Assembly (NCBI GenBank): GCA_964016885.1
Contig: OZ024740.1
Span: forward strand, 23,622,001 to 23,686,000
DNA: 64,000 nucleotides
Direction: 5' to 3'
Source of the DNA: Eledone cirrhosa
Taxonomy: Eukaryota
Shown: positions 1 to 18,000 of the stretch, piece after piece
How the letters are laid out: each line of letters starts with the position of its first letter
Position numbering within the stretch: position 1 is the stretch's first letter
Made by a program: the position numbers and the translations under genes
Notes under the pieces: model-generated
Databases searched by the model: none
What the model was told of the DNA's origin: nothing
Seen by the model: the letters and a program-made list of their open reading frames with translations, nothing else

Positions 1-3000
1 ACAACAACAACATATACAACAGCAACAACAACACCATATACAACAGCATCAACAACATCATATACAACAGCATCAACAACATATACAACAGCATCAACAA
101 CATCATATACAACAGCAACAACAACAACATATACAACAGCATCAACAACAACATATACAACAGCAACAACAACAACATGTACAACAGCATCAACAACAAC
201 ATATACAACAGCATCAACAACATATACAACAGCATCAACAACATCATATACAACAGCAACAACAACACCATATACAACAGCATCAACAACATCATATACA
301 ACAGCATCAACAACATATACAACAGCATCAACAACATATACAACAGCATCAACAACATCATATACAACAGCAACAACAACACCATATACAACAGCATCAA
401 TAACATCATATACAACAGCATCAACAACATATACAACAGCAACAACAACAACATATACAACAGCATCAACAACAACATATACAACAGCATCAACAACACC
501 ATATACAATAGCATCAACAACAACATATACAACAGCAACAACAACATATACAACAGCATCAACAACACCATATACAACAGCATCAACAACAACATATACA
601 ACAGCATCAACAACATCATATACAACAGCATCAACAACATCATATACAACGGCATCAACAACACCATATACAACAGCATCAACAACAACATATACAACAG
701 CATCAACAACATATACAACAGCATCAACAACATCATATACAACAGCATCAACAACACCATATACAACAGCATCAACAACACCATATACAACAGCATCAAC
801 AACAACATATACAACAGCATCAACAACACCATATACAACAGCATCAACAACATATACAACATTAACAACATCATATACAACAGCATCAACGACAACATAT
901 ACAACAGCAACAACAACATCATATACAACAGCAACAACAACAACATATACAACAGCAACAACAACAACATATACAACAGCAACAACAACATCATATACAA
1001 CAGCAACAACAACAACATATACAACAGCAACAACAACACCATATACAACAGCAACAACAACATATACAACAGCATCAATAACACCATATACAACAGCATC
1101 AACAACATCATATACAACAGCATCAACAACAACATATACAACAGCATCAACACCATATACAACAGTATCAACAACAACATATACAACAGCATCAACAACA
1201 TATACAACAGCATCAACAACACCATATACAACAGCATCAACAACAACATATACAACAGCATCAACAACATATACAACAGCATCAACAACATCATGTACAA
1301 CAGCATCAACAACATATACAACAGCATCAACAACACCATATACAACAGCATCAACAACAACATATACAACAGCATCTACAACACCATATACAACAGCATC
1401 AACAACAACATATACAACAGCAACAACAACAACATATACAACAGCAACAACAACAACATATACAACAGCAACAACAACATCATATACAACAGCAACAACA
1501 ACAACATATACAACAGCAACAACAACAACATATACAACAGCAACAACAGCATCATATACAACAGCAACAACAACAACATATACAACAGCATCAACAACAA
1601 ATACAACAGCAACAACAACATCATATACAACAGCAACAACAACAACATATACAACAGCAACAACAACAACATATACAACAGCAACAACAACATCATATAC
1701 AACAGCAACAACAACATCATATACAACAGCATCAACAACATATACAACATTAACAACATCATATACAACAGCATCAACGACAACATATACAACAGCAACA
1801 ACAACATCATATACAACAGCAACAACAACAACATATACAACAGCAACAACAACAACATATACAACAGCAACAACAACATCATATACAACAGCAACAACAA
1901 CATATACAACAGCAACAACAACACCATATACAACAGCAACAACAACATATACAACAGCATCAATAACACCATATACAACAGCATCAACAACATCATATAC
2001 AACAGCATCAACAACAACATATACAACAGCATAAACAACAACATATACAACAGCATCAACACCATATACAACAGTATCAACAACAACATATACAACAGCA
2101 TCAACAACATATACAACAGCATCAACAACACCATATACAACAGCATCAACAACAACATATACAACAGCATCAACAACATATACAACAGCATCAACAACAA
2201 CATATACAACAGCAACAACAACAACATATACAACAGCAACAACAACACCATATACAACAGCATCAACAACATCATATACAACAGCATCAACAACATATAC
2301 AACAGCATCAACAACATCATATACAACAGCAACAACAACAACATATACAACAGCATCAACAACAACATATACAACAGCAACAACAACATGTACAACAGCA
2401 TCAACAACAACATATACAACAGCATCAACAACATATACAACAGCATCAACAACATCATATACAACAGCAACAACAACACCATATACAACAGCATCAACAA
2501 CACCATATACAACAGCATCAACAACAACATATACAAAAGCAACAACAACATATACAACAACATCAACAACATCATATACAACAGCAACAACAATATATAC
2601 AACAACAACAACAACATCATATACAACAGCATCAACAACATATACAACAGCATCAACAACATATACAACAGCATCAACAACATCATATACAACAGCAACA
2701 ACAACACCATATACAACAGCATCAACAACATCATATACAACAGCATCAACAACATATACAACAGCAACAACAACAACATATACAACAGCATCAACAACAA
2801 CATATACAACAGCATCAACAACACCATATACAACAGCATCAACAACACCATATACAACAGCATCAACAACAACATATACAAAAGCAACAACAACATATAC
2901 AACAACATCAACAACATCATATACAACAGCAACAACAATATATACAACAACAACAACAACATCATATACAACAGCAACAACAACATATACAACAGCATCA

Positions 3001-6000
3001 ACAACATCATATACAACAGCAACAACAACATATACAACAGCAACAACAACAACATATACAACAGCAACAACAACAACATATACAACAGCATCAACAACAT
3101 CATATACAACAGCAACAACAACATATACAACAGCAACAACAATATCATATACAACAGCAACAACAACAACATATACAACAGCAACAACAACAACATACAC
3201 AACAGCAACAACAACAACATATACAACAGCATCAACAACAACATATACAACAGCAACAACAACATATACAACAGCAACAACAACAACATATACAACATCA
3301 TATACAACAGCAACAACAACATCATATACAACAGCAACAACAACAACATATACAACAGCATCAACAACATCATATACAACAGCAACAACAACAACTTATA
3401 CAACAGCAACAACAACATCATATACAACAGCAACAACAACATCATATACAACAGAAACAACAACAACATATACAACAGCAACAACAACATCATATACAAC
3501 AGAAACAACAACAACATATACAACAGCATCAACAACATCATATACAACAGCATCAACAACAACATATACAACAGCAACAACAACAACATATACAACAGCA
3601 ACAACAACAACATATACAACAGCAACAACAACAACATATACAACAGCATCAACAACACCATATACAACAACAACAACAACATCATATACAACAGCATCAA
3701 CAACAATATATACAACAGCAACAACAACAACATATACAATAGCAACAACAACAACATATACAACAGCATCAACAACATCATATACAACAGCATCAACAAC
3801 AACATATACAACAGCAACAACAACAACATATACAACAGCAACAACAACAACATATACAACAGCAACAACAACATCATATACAACAGCAACAACAACAACA
3901 TATACAACAGCAACAACAACACCATATACAACAGCAACAACAACATATACAACATTAACAACATCATATACAACAGCATCAACGACAACATATACAACAG
4001 CAACAACAACATCATATACAACAGCATCAACAACATATACAACAGCATCAACAACATCATATACAACAGCAACAACAACAACATATACAACAGCATCAAC
4101 AACAACATATACAACAGCAACAACAACAACATGTACAACAGCATCAACAACAACATATACAACAGCATCAACAACATATACAACAGCATCAACAACATCA
4201 TATACAACAGCAACAACAACACCATATACAACAGCATCAACAACATCATATACAACAGCATCAACAACATATACAACAGCATCAACAACATATACAACAG
4301 CATCAACAACATCATATACAACAGCAACAACAACACCATATACAACAGCATCAATAACATCATATACAACAGCATCAACAACATATACAACAGCAACAAC
4401 AACAACATATACAACAGCATCAACAACAACATATACAACAGCATCAACAACACCATATACAATAGCATCAACAACAACATATACAACAGCAACAACAACA
4501 TATACAACAGCATCAACAACACCATATACAACAGCATCAACAACAACATATACAACAGCATCAACAACATCATATACAACAGCATCAACAACATCATATA
4601 CAACGGCATCAACAACACCATATACAACAGCATCAACAACAACATATACAACAGCATCAACAACATATACAACAGCATCAACAACATCATATACAACAGC
4701 ATCAACAACACCATATACAACAGCATCAACAACACCATATACAACAGCATCAACAACAACATATACAACAGCATCAACAACACCATATACAACAGCATCA
4801 ACAACATATACAACATTAACAACATCATATACAACAGCATCAACGACAACATATACAACAGCAACAACAACATCATATACAACAGCAACAACAACATATA
4901 CAACAGCAACAACAACAACATATACAACAGCAACAACAACATCATATACAACAGCAACAACAACAACATATACAACAGCAACAACAACACCATATACAAC
5001 AGCAACAACAACATATACAACAGCATCAATAACACCATATACAACAGCATCAACAACATCATATACAACAGCATCAACAACAACATATACAACAGCATCA
5101 ACACCATATACAACAGTATCAACAACAACATATACAACAGCATCAACAACATATACAACAGCATCAACAACACCATATACAACAGCATCAACAACAACAT
5201 ATACAACAGCATCAACAACATATACAACAGCATCAACAACATCATGTACAACAGCATCAACAACATATACAACAGCATCAACAACACCATATACAACAGC
5301 ATCAACAACAACATATACAACAGCATCTACAACACCATATACAACAGCATCAACAACAACATATACAACAGCAACAACAACAACATATACAACAGCAACA
5401 ACAACAACATATACAACAGCAACAACAACATCATATACAACAGCAACAACAACAACATATACAACAGCAACAACAACAACATATACAACAGCAACAACAG
5501 CATCATATACAACAGCAACAACAACAACATATACAACAGCATCAACAACAAATACAACAGCAACAACAACATCATATACAAAAGCAACAACAACAACATA
5601 TACAACAGCAACAACAACAACATATACAACAGCAACAACAACATCATATACAACAGCAACAACAACATCATATACAACAGCATCAACAACATATACAACA
5701 TTAACAACATCATATACAACAGCATCAACGACAACATATACAACAGCAACAACAACATCATATACAACAGCAACAACAACAACATATACAACAGCAACAA
5801 CAACAACATATACAACAGCAACAACAACATCATATACAACAGCAACAACAACATATACAACAGCAACAACAACACCATATACAACAGCAACAACAACATA
5901 TACAACAGCATCAATAACACCATATACAACAGCATCAACAACATCATATACAACAGCATCAACAACAACATATACAACAGCATAAACAACAACATATACA

Positions 6001-9000
6001 ACAGCATCAACACCATATACAACAGTATCAACAACAACATATACAACAGCATCAACAACATATACAACAGCATCAACAACACCATATACAACAGCATCAA
6101 CAACAACATATACAACAGCATCAACAACATATACAACAGCATCAACAACAACATATACAACAGCAACAACAACAACATATACAACAGCAACAACAACACC
6201 ATATACAACAGCATCAACAACATCATATACAACAGCATCAACAACATATACAACAGCATCAACAACATCATATACAACAGCAACAACAACAACATATACA
6301 ACAGCATCAACAACAACATATACAACAGCAACAACAACATGTACAACAGCATCAACAACAACATATACAACAGCATCAACAACATATACAACAGCATCAA
6401 CAACATCATATACAACAGCAACAACAACACCATATACAACAGCATCAACAACACCATATACAACAGCATCAACAACAACATATACAAAAGCAACAACAAC
6501 ATATACAACAACATCAACAACATCATATACAACAGCAACAACAATATATACAACAACAACAACAACATCATATACAACAGCATCAACAACATATACAACA
6601 GCATCAACAACATATACAACAGCATCAACAACATCATATACAACAGCAACAACAACACCATATACAACAGCATCAACAACATCATATACAACAGCATCAA
6701 CAACATATACAACAGCAACAACAACAACATATACAACAGCATCAACAACAACATATACAACAGCATCAACAACACCATATACAACAGCATCAACAACACC
6801 ATATACAACAGCATCAACAACAACATATACAAAAGCAACAACAACATATACAACAACATCAACAACATCATATACAACAGCAACAACAATATATACAACA
6901 ACAACAACAACATCATATACAACAGCAACAACAACATATACAACAGCATCAACAACATCATATACAACAGCAACAACAACATATACAACAGCAACAACAA
7001 CAACATATACAACAGCAACAACAACAACATATACAACAGCATCAACAACATCATATACAACAGCAACAACAACATATACAACAGCAACAACAATATCATA
7101 TACAACAGCAACAACAACAACATATACAACAGCAACAACAACAACATACACAACAGCAACAACAACAACATATACAACAGCATCAACAACAACATATACA
7201 ACAGCAACAACAACATATACAACAGCAACAACAACAACATATACAACATCATATACAACAGCAACAACAACATCATATACAACAGCAACAACAACAACAT
7301 ATACAACAGCATCAACAACATCATATACAACAGCAACAACAACAACTTATACAACAGCAACAACAACATCATATACAACAGCAACAACAACATCATATAC
7401 AACAGAAACAACAACAACATACACAACAGCAACAACAACATCATATACAACAGAAACAACAACAACATATACAACAGCATCAACAACATCATATACAACA
7501 GCATCAACAACAACATATACAACAGCAACAACAACAACATATACAACAGCAACAACAACAACATATACAACAGCAACAACAACAACATATACAACAGCAT
7601 CAACAACACCATATACAACAACAACAACAACATCATATACAACAGCATCAACAACAATATATACAACAGCAACAACAACAACATATACAATAGCAACAAC
7701 AACAACATATACAACAGCATCAACAACATCATATACAACAGCATCAACAACAACATATACAACAGCAACAACAACAACATATACAACAGCAACAACAACA
7801 TCATATACAACAGCATCAACAACAATATATACAACAGCATCAACAACATCATATACAACAGCAACAACAACAACATATACAACAGCAACAACAACAACAT
7901 ATACAATAGCAACAACAACATCATATACAACAGCATCAACAACATATACAACAGCAACAACAACAACATATACAACAGCAACCACAACAACATATACAAC
8001 AGCATCAACGACAACATATACAACAGCAACAACAACATCATATACAACAGCAACAACAACAACATATACAACAGCAACAACAACAACATATACAACAGCA
8101 ACAACAACAACATATACAACAGCAACAACAACATCATATACAACAGCAACAACAACAACATATACAACAGCAACAACAACAACATATACAACAGCAACAA
8201 CAGCATCATATACAACAGCAACAACAACAACATATACAACAGCATCAACAACAAATACAACAGCAACAACAACATCATATACAACAGCAACAACAACAAC
8301 ATATACAACAGCAACAACAACAACATATACAACAGCAACAACAACATCATATACAACAGCAACAACAACATCATATACAACAGCATCAACAACATATACA
8401 ACATTAACAACATCATATACAACAGCATCAACGACAACATATACAACAGCAACAACAACATCATATACAACAGCAACAACAACAACATATACAACAGCAA
8501 CAACAACAACATATACAACAGCAACAACAACATCATATACAACAGCAACAACAACAACATATACAACAGCAACAACAACACCATATACAACAGCAACAAC
8601 AACATATACAACAGCATCAATAACACCATATACAACAGCATCAACAACATCATATACAACAGCATCAACAACAACATATACAACAGCATCAACACCATAT
8701 ACAACAGTATCAACAACAACATATACAACAGCATCAACAACATATACAACAGCATCAACAACACCATATACAACAGCATCAACAACAACATATACAACAG
8801 CATCAACAACATATACAACAGCATCAACAACATCATGTACAACAGCATCAACAACATATACAACAGCATCAACAACACCATATACAACAGCATCAACAAC
8901 AACATATACAACAGCATCTACAACACCATATACAACAGCATCAACAACAACATATACAACAGCAACAACAACAACATATACAACTGCAACAACAACACCA

Positions 9001-12000
9001 TATACAACAGCATCAACAACATCATATACAACAGCATCAACAACATATACAACAGCATCAACAACATCATATACAACAGCAACAACAACAACATACACAA
9101 CAGCATCAACAACAACATATACAACAGCATCAACAACATATACAACAGCATCAACAACATATACAACAGCATAAACAACAACATATACAACAGCATCAAC
9201 ACCATATACAACAGCATCAACAACAACATATACAACAGCATCAACAACATATACAACAGCATCAACAACACCATATACAACAGCATCAACAACAACATAT
9301 ACAACAGCAACAACAACAACATACACAACAGCATCAACAACAACATATACAACAGCATCAACAACATATACAACAGCATCAACAACACCATATACAACAG
9401 CATCAACAACAACATATACAACAGCATCAACAACATATACAACAGCATCAACAACATCATATACAACAGCATCAACAACATATACAACAGCATCAACAAC
9501 ACCATATACAACAGCATCAACAACACCATATACAACAGCATCAACAACAACATATACAACAGCATCAACAACACCATATACAACAGCATCAACAACAACA
9601 TATACAACAGCAACAACAACAACATATACAACAGCAACAACAACACCATATACAACAGCATCAACAACATCATATACAACAGCATCAACAACATATACAA
9701 CAGCATCAACAACATCATATACAACAGCAACAACAACAACATATACAACAGCATCAACAACAACATATACAACAGCAACAACAACAACATGTACAACAGC
9801 ATCAACAACAACATATACAACAGCATCAACAACATATACAACAGCATCAACAACATCATATACAACAGCAACAACAACACCATATACAACAGCATCAACA
9901 ACAACATATACAACAGCATAAACAACAACATATACAACAGCATCAACACCATATACAACAGTATCAACAACAACATATACAACAGCATCAACAACATATA
10001 CAACAGCATCAACAACACCATATACAACAGCATCAACAACAACATATACAACAGCATCAACAACATATACAACAGCATCAACAACATCATATACAACAGC
10101 ATCAACAACATATACAACAGCATCAACAACACCATATACAACAGCATCAACAACACCATATACAACAGCATCAACAACAACATATACAACAGCATCAACA
10201 ACACCATATACAACAGCATCAACAACAACATATACAACAGCAACAACAACAACATATACAACTGCAACAACAACACCATATACAACAGCATCAACAACAT
10301 CATATACAACAGCATCAACAACATATACAACAGCATCAACAACATCATATACAACAGCAACAACAACAACATACACAACAGCATCAACAACAACATATAC
10401 AACAGCATCAACAACATGTACAACAGCATCAACAACATATACAACAGCATAAACAACAACATATACAACAGCATCAACACCATATACAACAGCATCAACA
10501 ACAACATATACAACAGCATCAACAACATATACAACAGCATCAACAACACCATATACAACAGCATCAACAACAACATATACAACAGCAACAACAACAACAT
10601 ACACAACATCATCAACAACAACATATACAACAGCATCAACAACACCATATACAACAGCATCAACAACAACATATACAACAGCATCAACAACATATACAAC
10701 AGCATCAACAACATCATATACAACAGCATCAACAACATATACAACAGCATCAACAACACCATATACAACAGCATCAACAACACCATATACAACAGCATCA
10801 ACAACAACATATACAACAGCATCAACAACACCATATACAACAGCAACAACAACAACATATACAACAGCAACAACAACACCATATACAACAGCATCAACAA
10901 CATCATATACAACAGCATCAACAACATATACAACAGCATCAACAACATCATATACAACAGCAACAACAACAACATATACAACAGCATCAACAACAACATA
11001 TACAACAGCAACAACAACAACATGTACAACAGCATCAACAACAACATATACAACAGCATCAACAACATATACAACAGCATCAACAACATCATATACAACA
11101 GCAACAACAACACCATATACAACAGCATCAACAACATCATATACAACAGCATCAACAACATATACAACAGCATCAACAACATATACAACAGCATCAACAA
11201 CATCATATACAACAGCAACAACAACACCATATACAACAGCATCAATAACATCATATACAACAGCATCAACAACATATACAACAGCAACAACAACAACATA
11301 TACAACAGCATCAACAACAACATATACAACAGCATCAACAACACCATAAACAATAGCATCAACAACAACATATACAACAGCAACAACAACATATACAACA
11401 GCATCAACAACACCATATACAACAGCATCAACAACAACATATACAACAGCATCAACAGCATCATATACAACAGCATCAACAACATCATATACAACGGCAT
11501 CAACAACACCATATACAACAGCATCAACAACAACATATACAACAGCATCAACAACATATACAACAGCATCAACAACATCATATACAACAGCATCAACAAC
11601 ACCATATACAACAGCATCAACAACACCATATACAACAGCATCAACAACAACATATACAACAGCATCAACAACACCATATACAACAGCATCAACAACAACA
11701 TATACAACAGCAACAACAACAACATATACAACAGCAACAACAACACCATATACAACAGCATCAACAACATCATATACAACAGCATCAACAACACCATATA
11801 CAACAGCATCAACAACAACATATACAACAGCATCAACAACAACATATACAAAAGCATTAACAACACCATATACAACAGCAACAACAACAACATATACAAC
11901 AGCAACAACAACAACATATACAACAGCATCAACAACACCATATACAACAGCATCAACAACACCATATACAACAGCATCAACAACAACATATACAACAGCA

Positions 12001-15000
12001 TCAACAACACCATATACAACAGCATCAACAACAACATATACAACAGCAACAACAACAACATATACAACAGCAACAACAACACCATATACAACAGCATCAA
12101 CAACATCATATACAACAGCATCAACAACATATACAACAGCATCAACAACATCATATACAACAGCAACAACAACAACATATACAACAGCATCAACAACAAC
12201 ATATACAACAGCAACAACAACAACATGTACAACAGCATCAACAACAACATATACAACAGCATCAACAACATATACAACAGCATCAACAACATCATATACA
12301 ACAGCAACAACAACATCATATACAACAGCATCAACAACAACATATACAACAGCATAAACAACAACATATACAACAGCATCAACACCATATACAACAGTAT
12401 CAACAACAACATATACAACAGCATCAACAACATATACAACAGCATCAACAACACCATATACAACAGCATCAACAACAACATATACAACAGCATCAACAAC
12501 ATATACAACAGCATCAACAACATCATATACAACAGCATCAACAACATATACAACAGCATCAACAACACCATATACAACAGCATCAACAACACCATATACA
12601 ACAGCATCAACAACAACATATACAACAGCATCAACAACACCATATACAACAGCATCAACAACAACATATACAACAGCAACAACAACAACATATACAACTG
12701 CAACAACAACACCATATACAACAGCATCAACAACATCATATACAACAGCATCAACAACATATACAACAGCATCAACAACATCATATACAACAGCAACAAC
12801 AACAACATACACCACAGCATCAACAACAACATATACAACAGCATCAACAACATGTACAACAGCATCAACAACATATACAACAGCATAAACAACAACATAT
12901 ACAACAGCATCAACACCATATACAACAGCATCAACAACAACATATACAACAGCATCAACAACATATACAACAGCATCAACAACACCATATACAACAGCAT
13001 CAACAACAACATATACAACAGCAACAACAACAACATACACAACATCATCAACAACAACATATACAACAGCATCAACAACATATACAACAGCATCAACAAC
13101 ATCATATACAACAGCATCAACAACATATACAACAGCATCAACAACACCATATACAACAGCATCAACAACACCATATACAACAGCATCAACAACAACATAT
13201 ACAACAGCATCAACAACACCATATACAACAGCATCAACAACAACATATACAACAGCAACAACAACAACATATACAACAGCAACAACAACACCATATACAA
13301 CAGCATCAACAACATCATATACAACCGCATCAACAACATATACAACAGCATCAACAACATCATATACAACAGCAACAACAACAACATATACAACAGCATC
13401 AACAACAACATATACAACAGCAACAACAACAACATGTACAACAGCATCAACAACAACATATACAACAGCATCAACAACATATACAACAGCATCAACAACA
13501 TCATATACAACAGCAACAACAACACCATATACAACAGCATCAACAACATCATATACAACAGCATCAACAACATATACAACAGCATCAACAACATATACAA
13601 CAGCATCAACAACATCATATACAACAGCAACAACAACACCATATACAACAGCATCAATAACATCATATACAACAGCATCAACAACATATACAACAGCAAC
13701 AACAACAACATATACAACAGCATCAACAACAACATATACAACAGCATCAACAACACCATAAACAATAGCATCAACAACAACATATACAACAGCAACAACA
13801 ACATATACAACAGCATCAACAACACCATATACAACAGCATCAACAACAACATATACAACAGCATCAACAACATCATATACAACAGCATCAACAACATCAT
13901 ATACAACGGCATCAACAACACCATATACAACAGCATCAACAACAACATATACAACAGCATCAACAACATATACAACAGCATCAACAACATCATATACAAC
14001 AGCATCAACAACACCATATACAACAGCATCAACAACACCATATACAACAGCATCAACAACAACATATACAACAGCATCAACAACACCATATACAACAGCA
14101 TCAACAACAAGATATACAACAGCAACAACAACAACATATACAACAGCAACAACAACACCATATACAACAGCATCAACAACATCATATACAACAGCATCAA
14201 CAACACCATATACAACAGCATCAACAACAACATATACAACAGCATCAACAACAACATATACAAAAGCATTAACAACACCATATACAACAGCAACAACAAC
14301 AACATATACAACAGCAACAACAACAACATATACAACAGCATCAACAACACCATATACAATAGCATCAACAACAACATATACAACAGCAACAACAACATAT
14401 ACAACAGCATCAACAACACCATATACAACAGCATCAACAACAACATATACAACAGCATCAACAACATCATATACAACAGCATCAACAACATCATATACAA
14501 CGGCATCAACAACACCATATACAACAGCATCAACAACAACATATACAACAGCATCAACAACATATACAACAGCATCAACAACATCATATACAACAGCATC
14601 AACAACACCATATACAACAGCATCAACAACACCATATACAACAGCATCAACAACAACATATACAACAGCATCAACAACACCATATACAACAGCATCAACA
14701 ACAACATATACAACAGCAACAACAACAACATATACAACAGCAACAACAACACCATATACAACAGCAACAACAACAACATATACAACAGCATCAACAACAT
14801 CATATACAACAGCATCAACAACACCATATACAACAGCATCAACAACAACATATACAAAAGCATTAACAACACCATATACAACAGCAACAACAACAACATA
14901 TACAACAGCAACAACAACAACATATACAACAGCATCAACAACACCATATACAATAGCATCAACAACAACATATACAACAGCAACAACAACATATACAACA

Positions 15001-18000
15001 GCATCAACAACACCATATACAACAGCATCAACAACAACATATACAACAGCATCAACAACATCATATACAACAGCATCAACAACATCATATACAACGGCAT
15101 CAACAACACCATATACAACAGCATCAACAACAACATATACAACAGCATCAACAACATATACAACAGCATCAACAACATCATATACAACAGCATCAACAAC
15201 ACCATATACAACAGCATCAACAACACCATATACAACAGCATCAACAACAACATATACAACAGCATCAACAACACCATATACAACAGCATCAACAACAACA
15301 TATACAACAGCAACAACAACAACATATACAACAGCAACAACAACACCATATACAACAGCATCAACAACATCATATACAACAGCATCAACAACATATACAA
15401 CAGCATCAACAACATCATATACAACAGCAACAACAACAACATATACAACAGCATCAACAACAACATATACAACAGCAACAACAACATGTACAACAGCATC
15501 AACAACAACATATACAACAGCATCAACAACATATACAACAGCATCAACAACATCATATACAACAGCAACAACAACACCATATACAACAGCATGAACAACT
15601 TCATATACAACAGCATCAACAACATATACAACAGCATCAACAACATATACAACAGCATCAACAACATCATATACAACAGCAACAACAACACCATATACAA
15701 CAGCATCAACAACATCATATACAACAGCATCAACAACATATACAACAGCAACAACAACAACATATTCAACAGCATCAACAACACCATATACAACAGCATC
15801 AACAACACCATATACAACAGCATCAACAACAACATATACAAAAGCATTAACGACACCATATACAACAGCAACAACAACAACATATACAACAGCAACAACA
15901 ACAACATATACAACAGCAACAACAACATCATATACAACAGCAACAGCAACAACATATACAACAGCATCAACAACATATACAACAGCAACAACAACATCAT
16001 ATACAACAGCAACAACAACAACATATACAACAGCAACAACAACAATATATACAACAGCAACAACAACATCATATACAACAGCAACAAGAACATCATATAC
16101 AACAGCATCAACAACATATACAACAGCAACAACAACATCATATACAACAGCGTCAACGACAACATATACAACAGCAACAACAACATCATATACAACAGCA
16201 ACAACAACAACATATACAACAGCAACAACAACAACATATACAACAGCAACAACAACATCATATACAACAGCAACAACAACAACATATACAACAGCAACTA
16301 CAACACCATATACAACAGCAACAACAACAACATATACAACAGCAACAACAACAACATATACAACAGCATCAACAACAACATATACAACAGCATCAACAAC
16401 AACATATACAACAGCAACAACAACAACATATACAACAGCAACAACACCATATATACAACAGCATCAACAACATCATATACAACAGCAACAACATATACAA
16501 CAGCATCAACAACATCATATACAACAGCAACAATAACAACATATTCAACAGCATCAACAACATCATATACAACAGCAACAACAACAACATATACAACAGC
16601 AACAACAACAACATATACAACAGCAACAACAACAACATATACAACAGCATCAACAACAACATATACAACAGTAACAACAACAACATATACAACAGCAACA
16701 ACAACATCATATACAACAGCATCAACAACACCATATACAACAGCAACAACAACATCGTATACAACAGCATCAACAACATATACAATAGCAACAACAACAT
16801 CGTATACAACAGCATCAACAACATATACAACAGCAACAACAACATCGTATACAACAGCATCAACCAGATCATATACAACAGCAACAACAACAACATATAC
16901 AACAGCATCAACAACAACATATACAACAGCAACAACAACAACATATACAACAGCATCAACAACAACACATACAACAGCAACAACAACAACATATACAACA
17001 GCATCAACAACAACATATACAACAGCAACAACAACAACATATACGACAGCATCAACAACAACATATACAACAGCAACAACAACAACATATACAACAGCAT
17101 CAACAACAACATATACAACAGCAACAACAACAACATATACAACAGCATCAACAACACCATATACAACAGCAACAACAACATCGTATACAACAGCATCAAC
17201 AACATATACAACAGCAACAACAACATCGTATACAACAGCATCAACCAGATCATATACAACAGCAACAACAACAACATATACAACAGCATCAACAACAACA
17301 TATACAACAGCAACAACAACAAATACAACAGCAACAACAACAACATATACAACAGCATCAACAACAACACATACAACAGCAACAACAACAACATATACAA
17401 CAGCATCAACAACAACATATACAACAGCAACAACAACAACATATACAACAGCATCAACAACAACATATACAACAGAAACAACAACAACATATACAACAGC
17501 ATCAACAACAACATATACAACAGCATCAACAACATCATATACAACAGCAACAACAACAACATATACAACAGCAACAACAACAACATATACAACAGCAACA
17601 ACAACAACATATACAACAGCAACAACAACAACATATACAACAGCAACAACAACATCATATGCAACAGCAACAACAACAACATATACAACAGCAACAACAA
17701 CAACATATACAACAGCATCAACAACAACATATACAACAGCAACAACAACATCATATACAACAGCATCAACGACAACATATACAACAGCAACAACAACATC
17801 GTATACAACAGCAACAACAACAACATATACAACAGCATCAACAACATCATATACAACAGCAACAACAATAACATATACAACAGCATCAACAACATCATAT
17901 ACAACAGCAACAACAACAACATATACAACAGCATCAACAACATCATATACAACAGCAACAACAACAACATATATAACAGCAACAACAACAACATATACAA